Below, piece by piece: positions 52,443 to 62,999 of a stretch of DNA of 64,000 nucleotides. Both the position numbers and the translations under genes were made by a program. Source of the DNA: a virus (lineage: Duplodnaviria; Caudoviricetes); the IMG/VR virus record IMGVR_UViG_3300026522_000021, one strand, 5' to 3'. Every line of letters starts with the position of its first letter. The stretch's first letter is position 1. A model generated the notes under the pieces. The model saw only the letters and a list, made by a program, of their open reading frames with translations, did not search any database and had not been told where the DNA came from.

Positions 52443-53514
52443 TATTTATCCTTTCTTTATCACATAAAACAATCTCACTTCTAATCGGGCATCCTCCCAT
52501 ACACTCTCTTCTTCTTTCGCAATTCGGACACGAATTTCTAAAATGATTTCTGAAATCTTCAAACACTTCACTGTCCCATGCGTTCTGAATAGTATCGTTT
52601 GAAATGTCATACGCCCATTTCATGTCCTGATTGTCAAAGCTGCACGGCAGAGCTTTCATGTCTGATGTAATATACATTGACCATCTACCGCCCTCGCAAG
52701 TGTCAAAACTATCAGGATTGATTTTTGTTGTGAAATTGATTAGTCCGGGAACAGTACAGCTATCAAACCCGATTTTAAAATCATGATCGTAATTTTCTAC
52801 AATATTGAAAAACTTAGAAACTCTGCTATCGTTCACCTGTAAAACATTATCGGATTGACCAAGCCCAACAGGTTTATGAAGAAGGAATATAATCGCATTA
52901 ACGCCCTTTGGAAAATCGTTATCCTCAAGTCTTTGAATTGCTTCGTCAATGGAATTTTTTCCGAGAACATAATGGATGTTTGTCTTTACTCCTTCATCAA
53001 TAAGCATCTTAATTGCTCTAAGTGTATGTGGCTGTCTGTACCAACTGATTGCTACTGCGCCGCAATACTTCCTGCAAAGAGAAACAATCTCGTCATTAAA
53101 TCCTAATCCCGAAGATGTGAAATTAGGAACGATATTATTTTCGCGGCAGTATTGAAGGATCTCTTTGAAGTTTTCATGTTGATCTACATCGCCACGACCG
53201 CCAAGCGCAAGCTGATAACATTTTCCTTTACACTCATCAACAATTCTTTTAAAGTTTTCCAATGTCATGTTTGGATATTTCGTTTCAAGTCCGTTCTGAT
53301 AACACTGAACACCTGACTTGATACATAATCCGCTGCGTCCATGCTTGCAAAATCCCATTACGCCCACATCTATCAGTTCAGGGAATGAACTCATAAACGG
53401 ATCAACGCCTGTATCTTTCCCATGTTCATCAAGAATACCTGACCGCATATAGAACCCTGTATCTGGATTAAACATTGAAATGTATCTGTTCTTCTTGTCG
53501 TATTTGCGAATCAT
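52435..53514 (-). CDS. Radical SAM protein with SPASM domain and atypical Cys motif
   Basis: CX7CX6C-YQ, LALGGRGD; SPASM-like CEGG...PCSF...CPNC...CMGGCP. Confidence 0.85.
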   Translation of the reverse strand: MIRKYDKKNRYISMFNPDTGFYMRSGILDEHGKDTGVDPFMSSFPELIDVGVMGFCKHGRSGLCIKSGVQCYQNGLETKYPNMTLENFKRIVDECKGKCYQLALGGRGDVDQHENFKEILQYCRENNIVPNFTSSGLGFNDEIVSLCRKYCGAVAISWYRQPHTLRAIKMLIDEGVKTNIHYVLGKNSIDEAIQRLEDNDFPKGVNAIIFLLHKPVGLGQSDNVLQVNDSRVSKFFNIVENYDHDFKIGFDSCTVPGLINFTTKINPDSFDTCEGGRWSMYITSDMKALPCSFDNQDMKWAYDISNDTIQNAWDSEVFEDFRNHFRNSCPNCERRRECMGGCPIRSEIVLCDKERINNG

Positions 53515-53529
53515 ATTTTCCTTTCTGAA

Positions 53530-54282
53530 TTAAAGGCTTGTCTGTGACGTAATGAAACAAATCTTTTCTCCTGTTTCAGTATTCACACCCATACCTTCAA
53601 CCCTAACTTCATAATTCCATGTATCAAACTTTACTTTGTCGCGCTGTTCATCAAGACAAACTATTTTAAATCTGACCATCCCTTTGAAATTCTTGATGAT
53701 AGTTCTGCACCATTCGCCATATTTTTCTAAGAAGTCTGGCTTACGTTTTAAAATGTTTTCAAGTGTATCAACACATACCATTCCTGCGTCCGCGCAGAAA
53801 CTTCCGATTTCTTCTTTTGTTTCTGAATCGAATGTCGTACATCCCCAATCGCCGTAAATCGTATCGCGACATAACGGGAGGGAGTCTAAATCAAATCCTC
53901 TGCACCATTCATTAGTTGTATAGCAAGGGTCTGTAATAACTATGTCGCCTTCCATATCAACCCATTCGCTGTCAAGCAATCTCTCCAGTGACCACAACAT
54001 TGATTTACAACTCTGAAGAACACCGAAACCTAATTCAGTATTTACATACTGTTCTTCTTTTAAGTAATCATCATTCTGATTTACGCATTTTATTCCATGA
54101 ATAAGCCATTTGAAATCATCCGCTGACGCGTCCTGACAAGTCCTAACTTTTTCGATTAAATATTTCTTATCAACATTTTGTAAGTTATCATCTTGATTGA
54201 TTAGTTTACATGTCAATTGAACAGCAACGCCGATATCGTGAAGCGCTTCTTCTTTCTTTTGTTCATACCATTGGTTGTCCAT
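53530..54282 (-). CDS. Hypothetical phage protein
   Basis: ITDPCY, TIYGDW, FCADAG motifs. Confidence 0.65.
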   Translation of the reverse strand: MDNQWYEQKKEEALHDIGVAVQLTCKLINQDDNLQNVDKKYLIEKVRTCQDASADDFKWLIHGIKCVNQNDDYLKEEQYVNTELGFGVLQSCKSMLWSLERLLDSEWVDMEGDIVITDPCYTTNEWCRGFDLDSLPLCRDTIYGDWGCTTFDSETKEEIGSFCADAGMVCVDTLENILKRKPDFLEKYGEWCRTIIKNFKGMVRFKIVCLDEQRDKVKFDTWNYEVRVEGMGVNTETGEKICFITSQTSL

Positions 54283-54349
54283 CCTATATACTCCATGTCT
54301 TGAATGATTGGGCGGTCTTACGCCGCCCGATGTGTTTATGAATTACCGT

Positions 54350-55108
54350 TTAGAACGCTTCGCCGTTATAGATTCTGATGGAGAAGCACGGAACAACCCC
54401 ATAGACGTAGCTCGCGTAGCTGCTGCTCAAGTAGCCGTGGATGCCGACAAGCATGAAGTAGGTCGCGACGCTCAAGTGGGGGGAGCAAGTCCAATACCAA
54501 TATGTTTCTCCATCTTTATTGTTCTTACATCTTTCCGCTTCTGTCTGCAAACCATTGAATAGAATGTCATCTTTGCCAGAATGATATTCTGTTTCTTTAA
54601 GGTTAGCCAAAGAAAGAAGATTTACTTTTCTCCTGAATGTCACAACCTTGCCATCTGCGCTTGCGATATGCTCGATGATCTTCATACTATCAACAAGCTC
54701 TTTCGGCATCTTGTCTGTGAAATCATCAAGATATTTTTCCATATCATCAATGCTGGACTCGCCAACAATATCTCTTGACACAAAATACACATCATCGTAT
54801 TCATCCGTCTTGTTGATATGTTCAACCACAAAAGTTACAACCTTGTCACCTACAGGAACGTCAAGCGTATCCTTCAGTCTGTATGTGTCTTTGACAACAT
54901 CTGATATTTTCCGATCAGAATAACACGTATATCCATGTCTATATGTACAATCTTCAGCGCCGATTTCCTCAAGCTCTAAATCCTTATCATTCACAGCTTC
55001 AAGAACAACGCCGTTAACCAGTTTCACATAATTCTTTCCTGTGCGTTTGTCGCGAAATCTCTTTACACCCTCCATGATTTGTTCTCCTTGTATTGAATTA
55101 TCTTGCAT
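54350..55108 (-). CDS. DUF6273-like (C-type lectin fold) protein, putative DGR target
   Basis: KVNLLS, WYWTCSP...GVVPCF C-terminal pattern. Confidence 0.7.
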   Translation of the reverse strand: MQDNSIQGEQIMEGVKRFRDKRTGKNYVKLVNGVVLEAVNDKDLELEEIGAEDCTYRHGYTCYSDRKISDVVKDTYRLKDTLDVPVGDKVVTFVVEHINKTDEYDDVYFVSRDIVGESSIDDMEKYLDDFTDKMPKELVDSMKIIEHIASADGKVVTFRRKVNLLSLANLKETEYHSGKDDILFNGLQTEAERCKNNKDGETYWYWTCSPHLSVATYFMLVGIHGYLSSSYASYVYGVVPCFSIRIYNGEAF

Positions 55109-55115
55109 TTCCTAT

Positions 55116-55144
55116 ATTATAGCATTGTTCTTTATGTATGTCAA
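55116..55144 (-). promoter_or_regulatory. Consensus SigA promoter with extended -10
   Basis: TTGACA-17 nt-TATAAT with TG extension. Confidence 0.85.
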
Positions 55145-56308
55145 TGATTATCTTGTTTTATCTATTCGATATTTCCAATTGCTTTTTCAAGAAGTTCCAT
55201 CGCAACCTCAGTATTAACACACCATCCTCGATCATCCGAATAAAAGACATATGGTGAATCAATATCTAATAGTTTTTCAAATTCAGATTTAATTGTTTCA
55301 GACGTATTCTTATCTTTCGACTTCATAAGCGCTGCGCATCTCCTGTAAAAATCCAATTTTGAAAAAGCATGATTATCTGCTGTCTTTCGTTTTTGAATAT
55401 TCTTATTTTCTGCCACTGATACCTCAACTAATGCTGTTCAAATAGAACACATTATCTTCTATCTTGTTATTGATTGTGACAGACACAGGATTAAAATCAT
55501 GATTTCCAAATCGCTTTACTGTTCTTGAATTGCATATCAAACATTTTATATGTTCATATCCATCGCAGATTTTACGTATATCATCAACATTACTTGTGTC
55601 CGTCAGTATATATTTGTTTTTCCTTGTCTCATCTTTGATTATCATTTGTTCATCCTCGGAACTATGAATTCATTATCCATCCACTTAATCAATAGGACAT
55701 CGCGACAAACATATACTCTTGGCTTTATGCGCCAAACAAATTTTTCTATTGCTCTCTTGGCTTTTGATAACATTCTCTCACCTCCCTTACTGGCGTATCC
55801 ACTGGTGGAGCATCCAGAACTTCGATCTTTTCAACGATAATCCTTTTATCGCCACGCTTTGTTGCTACCTGTACGCGACTGCCAACCGCAAGTCTTTCAG
55901 GATGCTTCGTTTTCTTCGTCATGCGCCAGACATAAGTTTTTCCATCTGGTTCATGTTTCCCATAGACATACTTTGTCGGAACATTTTTATAATGTGCCTT
56001 GTTTGCAATTGTTATTTCAGCACATTCAACGCCACGATAAAGCAAAACCAAATAACGAATATATCCATCAATAAGCTCGCCAGCTGTATTAACAATAATC
56101 TCTTTCCCAATGTCCTCGCCGTTATCATAGTCTATATTGACATTTGCGATCTTATAATCATTCGGTATTGACTGTTTGAATTTTTCTGGAATGATAATAT
56201 CTTTTAAGTTCAATTCCATCGTCATGTGTTTTCATCCTTTCTTAGTTTTTCAATATGTAATTTTTCTGTGTACCACATGCAAAAATTTCCAGTTCTTAAA
56301 AACTATGA

Positions 56309-56935
56309 TTAACTGAACAAGCTCGTTAAAACTCTCGGAACATAAGTTTTATTATCGAGATCGGAAATAACTGTCAGTAAATCGCCAAACATAGAAGCAT
56401 CCATCTTACACTCGGCAAGCTGCCGAAGTACAGACAATTCGTTTTTAATCTGCCTTCTATTCTTCAGGCGCGTTTTCAACATGTTATATGTAGATGCGAT
56501 ATCTTCACCGTTAATATCGCTAAATTCTATGTAGTGCTGAATGTCTGTTATTTCCTTATCTGTATTACTAAGAAGATCGGAAAGCTCACTCCTTCTATTC
56601 TCGGCATCGTCAATAAATTTCTTAACGCCTTCTATCTTTTTCCGAAGCTCTTCTATCTGCGGAGATAATAACAGTTGTTCAGGCTTTCTTTCTTCCTTTG
56701 GATTTTCCGCTTGATCCTGTTCTGGATGCTTAACAACTGTAAAACCTACATCTTCTTCAACCACACGATATAGCTTTCGTTTCTTTGGCGTTAAATTATT
56801 CTTCAGAACCTTCTCGGCTTTCCATTTTTCCAGAAACTCGTCAGCCAAAGCTCGGCTTCTGGCAGCTACATACTTTCCATCTATATCCCTCCTGATATAA
56901 TTTTTGTTTCCATCAGTGATAACATAGAGCGCCAT
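56309..56935 (-). CDS. Hypothetical coiled-coil phage protein
   Basis: DIQHYIE...RRQIKNE...YVPRVL. Confidence 0.6.
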   Translation of the reverse strand: MALYVITDGNKNYIRRDIDGKYVAARSRALADEFLEKWKAEKVLKNNLTPKKRKLYRVVEEDVGFTVVKHPEQDQAENPKEERKPEQLLLSPQIEELRKKIEGVKKFIDDAENRRSELSDLLSNTDKEITDIQHYIEFSDINGEDIASTYNMLKTRLKNRRQIKNELSVLRQLAECKMDASMFGDLLTVISDLDNKTYVPRVLTSLFS

Positions 56936-57405
56936 ACAATACCTCCCTATTTTCTTGCATTATTTATTATGCTAATATGGAAGTTGCGCCATGTTAAACG
57001 CAACTCCATAGTTGAGAATATGTAAATATTTATTTATGACAGGATAGCCATGCACCCGAAACCACTGTCATATACAGGTGTTCTATCCTTGATTAGATGG
57101 CTAATCTTTTTCTTGGATACGCCCTTGCATTCAGGATGCACGAGCCTTTCTTCCTGCACATATTCATTACGTTCCTTTGATGTGTCAAAAACAAGGACAT
57201 CATTTGTTCCTTCATACAGCGCATAGAATTGTTTCTTCATTTTGATACTCCTTTATTAGATTTATTATGCGCGAAATTCCATCCCCGAACGAACAAGATA
57301 ATATTAAATAAAAATATTCTTTTATTCAATCGCGTTTTGCTTTATCTTGTATTATTTCTATGTAATTATCGAAACCGCCAAAGCGGTCACGATAATGATA
57401 TATAA

Positions 57406-58395
57406 TTATCCGTTGGATACAAAAGGCATCAGCACTTTCTTTAGCGTTGTGACGTTCTGTTCTACAACGCCGTATTCTTCAGCGAGCGACATAATTTTCC
57501 GCGAGTCATCCGAATTTCTAATAGACATAATCAATCTGTCTGTTTCTTCCTTGCCTACAGCGTCAACCATGAAATCATAGAAACCACGCAGATATAGTGT
57601 CCTTGCATTGATGTTGATATCGAGCTTATTCTTTATGTCGCGATTAAACAATCTGCTGATATGCCCAGCCCAATATTCTGGCGGTCTATCATTGAATTCT
57701 TTTTCAAACTTTGCTCTTGTTGGGAACTTGAAATATGATCCGCGATAGCTTAACAACAGATAGCTGCCTCGATGTGCTGGATATTCATCCATGTGATTTA
57801 TCTTAACAAGCAATTCATAAAGCCTATCAGATAATTGGATCTCGCGTCCCTTAACGATTGCTGTTTTCTTTTCGTGATTGATATCATCTTCCTTCAGGTT
57901 AACAATGTCAATGGCTTCAGGAAAACCCTCATAGAACATACGGATAATCGCTTCTTGATAATCCGCGTGCTCTTCTATCTGGTCATTCCTTATTCGCTCG
58001 ATTGCTTCTTCCATCGCATCTTTATCAAAAATTTTTACATCATCAGCGAAAAGCGCAACAACATTTCTTCCTTTAATCTTTTTATCGTTACAAGGATTTT
58101 TGATTACTTCATAATTGTCAATGTACCAGTTAAAGAAATCACGGAGAATTGACAGCAATGTATCATACGTCCTATAAGACATTTTATATACTTTATTGGA
58201 AAATGATTTATTACTAAACGTCTTTATCATCTCGGCAATTTCTTGCGATTCCATGTCAACAAGTGGCTTGCCTATTTCTTTTTCATAAGCGTATAATTCA
58301 GGTCTGTCGATCTGTCCTCGTATCTTCTTCGCCGTTGTTTCAGGTCTTGTAGTAAAATACTCATCCAACAAAGACGCTGTATCTTTCTTTGCCAT
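57406..58395 (-). CDS. Integrase-fold regulator (SPbeta MrpR/YopR-like)
   Basis: SAM-like N-domain (FFNWYI..NP) plus a degenerate tyrosine-recombinase catalytic domain lacking the R/HxxR residues. Confidence 0.6.
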   Translation of the reverse strand: MAKKDTASLLDEYFTTRPETTAKKIRGQIDRPELYAYEKEIGKPLVDMESQEIAEMIKTFSNKSFSNKVYKMSYRTYDTLLSILRDFFNWYIDNYEVIKNPCNDKKIKGRNVVALFADDVKIFDKDAMEEAIERIRNDQIEEHADYQEAIIRMFYEGFPEAIDIVNLKEDDINHEKKTAIVKGREIQLSDRLYELLVKINHMDEYPAHRGSYLLLSYRGSYFKFPTRAKFEKEFNDRPPEYWAGHISRLFNRDIKNKLDININARTLYLRGFYDFMVDAVGKEETDRLIMSIRNSDDSRKIMSLAEEYGVVEQNVTTLKKVLMPFVSNG

Positions 58396-58470
58396 ACACC
58401 TACACCTCCTTACTTAAATATGTACCATAAAACCAAGGAAATGTCAATGTATATAAATATCTTGCGTTAT

Positions 58471-58974
58471 TTAGTAAGCATCAAGAATTGGAAACTGTGA
58501 CTGCATAGCACGGCAGATGCGCATAAGCATATCAACGTCTTTTATCTCGCCCATATAGTATTTTAAATTTTCCTTCTGCACAGTTGTTAACTGCTCTATA
58601 AGTAGTGTACTCGGCGCAGTCAGTCCGTATTTCTTATGATCCCATATCTCCACATGGCAAGGCAGATTTCTTTTGTTCATTTTAGTTGTCAACGGAATAG
58701 CATTTATCACCGTGCTATGCTGATTGTTCTTGTCATTCGAGATAATAAATACTGGTCTATGACCGCCCTGAATACTGCCATCCTGTGACGGAAGATTAGC
58801 CATCCAGATTTCTCCGCATTTAACATCACGACTTTCAGCCCCGATGAATTCAACACTATTATTTTCGTATTTAATGAAGAACGTCATAGGCTGCGCAGAT
58901 TTTCCATCTCGTCTTGCCTGTGTTCTTATTCTTGTTGATGCATTCATCATAAGCCTCCAGTCTCCAGATACCAT
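58471..58974 (-). CDS. PemK/MazF-family endoribonuclease
   Basis: GEIWMANL..QDGSIQGGHRPVFIISND..N, PLTT, EQL. Confidence 0.85.
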   Translation of the reverse strand: MVSGDWRLMMNASTRIRTQARRDGKSAQPMTFFIKYENNSVEFIGAESRDVKCGEIWMANLPSQDGSIQGGHRPVFIISNDKNNQHSTVINAIPLTTKMNKRNLPCHVEIWDHKKYGLTAPSTLLIEQLTTVQKENLKYYMGEIKDVDMLMRICRAMQSQFPILDAY

Positions 58975-59706
58975 TAAAAATCATCTAATGGTTTAGTTAT
59001 GTTGTCATTCGATTTCCTTTTTACATAGAAATCATATCCGGGTTTAATCAACACCAGTTTTCCACATCTCGGAAGATCATAACCAAAGTAAGGCTTTTTA
59101 TCTTTATTCTTATTCAGTTTGATCCTCATGAACCGTCCAACCGCATTGATAATTTCCACCGTGCGATCATCTGATTTGTTTGTGTATTTGATTGTACCAT
59201 CATTCTTTAAATCGCCAGTGCCAATGAATAACCCTGTTGTCTTGTGGTTTATTCCAATAAAGTATCTATTCCAATTCATGTTACCACTCCTGAAATATGT
59301 GGTGTACTGCATCGAACAATACACCACATTTTCCATTATTCTTCTGTAGCTTCATTATAATGTTTTTCGTTTTTATAAATGTTCTCCTCGTATTCAAATG
59401 CTTCTTTTGCATCCTCAAAACATTTACCGTCACTTGCCATCCATGTAGCGTTTACAAGAGTAAGACGATCTTTAATTCTTGTACGATAGCTTTTTGAAAT
59501 GAAGCCGCTGTTGCCATCAAAATACTGCTCTGGTATCAGTTCCTTCGCCCTAACCTTCATCCATCCGTTGCCATTATTATTTCCTGCCGCCGAAGGAGAA
59601 TAGATCAAAGCCATGATATGATTTTCCTGAAACACGCTAAACACATCAACCATACAGTTATGTTTCTTATAATACATTCTCTCCATCGTTATCGCCCCCA
59701 AACGTG

Positions 59707-60858
59707 TTACATGTCTACTTCTTCAGGCTCGTTCATGAAGTCAGAAGAAACATCCTCATGTTTTTCAATATCGGATTTTTCTGCTTCTTCAACGCCATCA
59801 TCTTCATGTTCATCGGATGCCTCGATATCCACATCATCGAAGAACCGATCCCATACCTTTTCGATCTCATCATGTCTGCGCTTGATATTCGCGTTCTTTG
59901 CAGAACCACCCTTGCAAGCATCGGAGTAAGCATCGGACACGATCACGCCATTTCCGAAAAGTTCTACCATGAAATCGCCCATCAGCTTATCAGAAATCTC
60001 ATCATCAATAGCCTGTTTGATCCACGGAACAAGCGAGATCATATGCGTTTCAGAAACCATTTTCTTTCTAACAGCCTTCGCAACCTTCGCATTGTCGTAC
60101 TCCTCAAGCACATTATAGATTGCGTAAATCTTATCCAGAACAGAAACGACCTCATCGCGCTCGGCATCGCTCATCTTCGTTTCCTGCATCACTTCGTTGA
60201 AAGTTCTGCTTTCAAAAGATACATCATCAATGTCCTCGTTCAGCATCATCCATACCTTCATGATGATCGGGAGCTGCTTTCTGGTTGCAAGCGCCTTTTC
60301 GGTCATGGTGTTCTGGAAAAGCTCATGCTTTCCAATATCAGAAACGGTGATGATGTCAACACAGTTAGCAATGTTGCGCTCTTTAGTGGAAAGGGGCTTT
60401 CCATTGTTCAGCTTCGCGAACAGCATCCGAACCTGTTCAGGAGTGATATCCTCGTAATAGTAGATCGTCAGGTGATAATCCTTGATTGCATCCTGAATCT
60501 CTTCGGGAAGGTCTTTAAAGTATTTCCCTTCAAGCCATTCCGTCTGCTCATTGCCCTCTGCATCAGTATATGTAATCTCAGGAACGCCAATCAGGTAATA
60601 CTCGTTCTCGATGAAGCCACGAATAGCATTGATGCGCTGCTTTCCATCAAGGAAATCATATGTTCTTCCGTCAACCTTCTTTGCGTAAAATGGCGGTACA
60701 GGATATCCTTCAATCAGGGAATGAATCAGGTTACTCTTCCTTGTCTGTTCCCATACATAGGATCTCTGGATGATATTGTCGAAACTGAATGTTCCGTTTC
60801 CTGCCATTTTCGCGATCTGCTTACAACTCCATGTAATGTTTGCTTTGTTAAGTGCCAT
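59707..60858 (-). CDS. DUF262 (ParB/Srx-like) protein
   Basis: QRSYVW, LIHSL..GYPVP, DGKQR, FAKLNNG; probable start MALNK. Confidence 0.82.
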   Translation of the reverse strand: MALNKANITWSCKQIAKMAGNGTFSFDNIIQRSYVWEQTRKSNLIHSLIEGYPVPPFYAKKVDGRTYDFLDGKQRINAIRGFIENEYYLIGVPEITYTDAEGNEQTEWLEGKYFKDLPEEIQDAIKDYHLTIYYYEDITPEQVRMLFAKLNNGKPLSTKERNIANCVDIITVSDIGKHELFQNTMTEKALATRKQLPIIMKVWMMLNEDIDDVSFESRTFNEVMQETKMSDAERDEVVSVLDKIYAIYNVLEEYDNAKVAKAVRKKMVSETHMISLVPWIKQAIDDEISDKLMGDFMVELFGNGVIVSDAYSDACKGGSAKNANIKRRHDEIEKVWDRFFDDVDIEASDEHEDDGVEEAEKSDIEKHEDVSSDFMNEPEEVDM

Positions 60859-60920
60859 TTCTTTATCCTCCTTTGTTTGATTTGCTTTGTGTTCTTTGTT
60901 TACTACCTCTCTATGTGAAC

Positions 60921-60949
60921 ATGTTACCACATAAAGAGGTAGATGTCAA
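60921..60949 (-). promoter_or_regulatory. SigA-type promoter
   Basis: TTGACA-17 nt-TAACAT with TG extension. Confidence 0.65.
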
Positions 60950-60974
60950 CTATTATTTTGAATTATTTTTTAAT

Positions 60975-61898
60975 TTATTTAATCAAGCTGTCAACCAATC
61001 CCATGATATCATTGATTGCTTCGATATGGACAGATGCTTCAGTCGCGTTTGCGTTTCTCTGTCCTTCAGAATAAGCCATTGCGATTATGTCTCGCAGATC
61101 GGAAACCTCGATGCTGATAACTGGCTTGTCAGAAACTTCTTTATATTCTTTATCACCTGTCACATAGTCATCAAAGAAACCGCCCATATCATCATAATAC
61201 TGATTGACTTTTTCTTTGGTTAATCCGATATAATGTTTAGTAGTTTTTGTATCGGAGTGATTGTAGATCGTCTGCAACAATTCCATGCTGTCATAATCAT
61301 TCGGATGGATCATTCTGGAGATCATACCGAAAGTTTTTCTTGTGCTATGCGTCCCAACATTATAGGTAATTCCGATAACATCTGCTGCTTTCTTCAGCGC
61401 CTTGCGATAACCATCGCTGGTGATGACTGTTCCTCTATGCGTCCCTGTCAGCTGCATGAACACGTATTCGTGATAGCCATTCTTCTCAGGTTTTACACCA
61501 GTCTTTTCAATGTACTTTTCAATAGCTTTTTTACAAGCGCTATTGATACGAGGATTCGCAAGCTTGTCTGTTTTATCCTCTACAATCTCAAGGATCTCAT
61601 CTCTGATTTTCCCTGTCTGCGGATTGTAAAGATGCTCCCATGTAAGATTGAGTGTATCGCCAACGCGCCTCGCCATGTTGCATCCTAAGATGAAGAGCAG
61701 ATAGTGAAGCCACATCTCATTCTCTTCAAAGTATTCGATCATCTTCTTCATATCTTCCAACTGGAACGGATATACTTCAGACTTGCGACCTTTCTTTTTA
61801 TTATTGGCTTTTTTCTCCTGACGAGGGAATTCAATGATGCTCGAATACCCTGTTCTTTCTTCCGTATCATTCCAGATATTCAATGCTCTGACTGCCAT
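60975..61898 (-). CDS. Tyrosine recombinase/integrase
   Basis: RVGD, KT, HSTRKTF, HS...T.HY catalytic residues. Confidence 0.88.
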   Translation of the reverse strand: MAVRALNIWNDTEERTGYSSIIEFPRQEKKANNKKKGRKSEVYPFQLEDMKKMIEYFEENEMWLHYLLFILGCNMARRVGDTLNLTWEHLYNPQTGKIRDEILEIVEDKTDKLANPRINSACKKAIEKYIEKTGVKPEKNGYHEYVFMQLTGTHRGTVITSDGYRKALKKAADVIGITYNVGTHSTRKTFGMISRMIHPNDYDSMELLQTIYNHSDTKTTKHYIGLTKEKVNQYYDDMGGFFDDYVTGDKEYKEVSDKPVISIEVSDLRDIIAMAYSEGQRNANATEASVHIEAINDIMGLVDSLIK

Positions 61899-61940
61899 CT
61901 CTATACCTCCTTATTAATTTGCTTTGCTTTGTGTAACTAT

Positions 61941-61969
61941 AAGATAGCACATCATTTACTATCTGTCAA
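61941..61969 (-). promoter_or_regulatory. SigA-type promoter
   Basis: TTGACA-17 nt-TATCTT with TG extension. Confidence 0.65.
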
Positions 61970-62999
61970 TACCTATTTCAAAAATTTTCTTGTATTATTT
62001 CTTGACAAGTTTGAATTCAATCTGCTACGTTTATCGGCTTCCGCTCGGTTGGGCATAGTTTTCCCCCTAAACAGGGGGATAATGTTCTACTACGTTCATT
62101 CGGACGCTTCGGAGTACATTAGTTACCGCTTGTAAGCCAAATATCTGCCCTTGGCTGATGACGGTATCCCACATCAGATAACCTCCACTTAATTATTTAG
62201 TCTCGCCAGCCACGAGATTAATCGCCTTTTTGTGTGTCAGTCGCGATCAGGACTACGGATTATTTCAACAGAGTACCGTGTACTGCCTATATTAAATTGT
62301 AGTTTTTAAATACTAAGATTTTCTGTATACGCATGAGCAGAAAATCCATGTTTTGAAAAACGAATTTTACATAGCAAATAAATCTATTTTTGAAAAACAA
62401 CAAATTAAGAAAGAATAGTTTTCAAAAATTGATATTATTTGTCGCACGACAAAGAGCCTTGAACTTATGTCCAAGGCTTTCTGTGTTCTTTTATGGTTTC
62501 TTTTTCAAGCTCGTTATCACATTTATCGCACAAATCATAATGAAAAATCTTCATCCAAGGTTTAATCACAAGACTTGCTCCGCATCTGGCGCATGTCTGA
62601 TGTCCATAGACTTCTTCATATATCATCATGTGGTCTGCGCGTTCTCTTCTATTTCCTGTTGGAATAGATTTATGTTCTCTATCTATTCCTGAATAATCTG
62701 GATCATCAAGATATAAACTGATATCTTTCTTCCAAGGTTTTCTTCTATGGAAACTGCGAGGAATGCTGCGACCAAATAGATCAATCAATCTTGCATTGTT
62801 TGTTCTGCTTCTAAATACGCGATCAATAGTGAGATCAACATTGTCTTTCAAGTTTATTCCTTCTTCCCTAAATGGTCACAATACTCAGCATCATTGCAAT
62901 CCTTACAGTTTCCATCGCATCCGTATTCAACTTCGAGATAGACATTGCATTTTGTACAATTTCCAGAGTTGCATTTTTCCTCAGTATAAGGACAGATAT

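Noticed and set aside
59704-60918. 404-aa plus-strand ORF
   Set aside because: Codon-aligned antisense shadow of the DUF262 gene; no recognisable motifs; explained by the codon bias of the real gene
62020-62290. This block as the DGR template repeat
   Set aside because: No similarity to 54380-54499 and no AAC-rich frame
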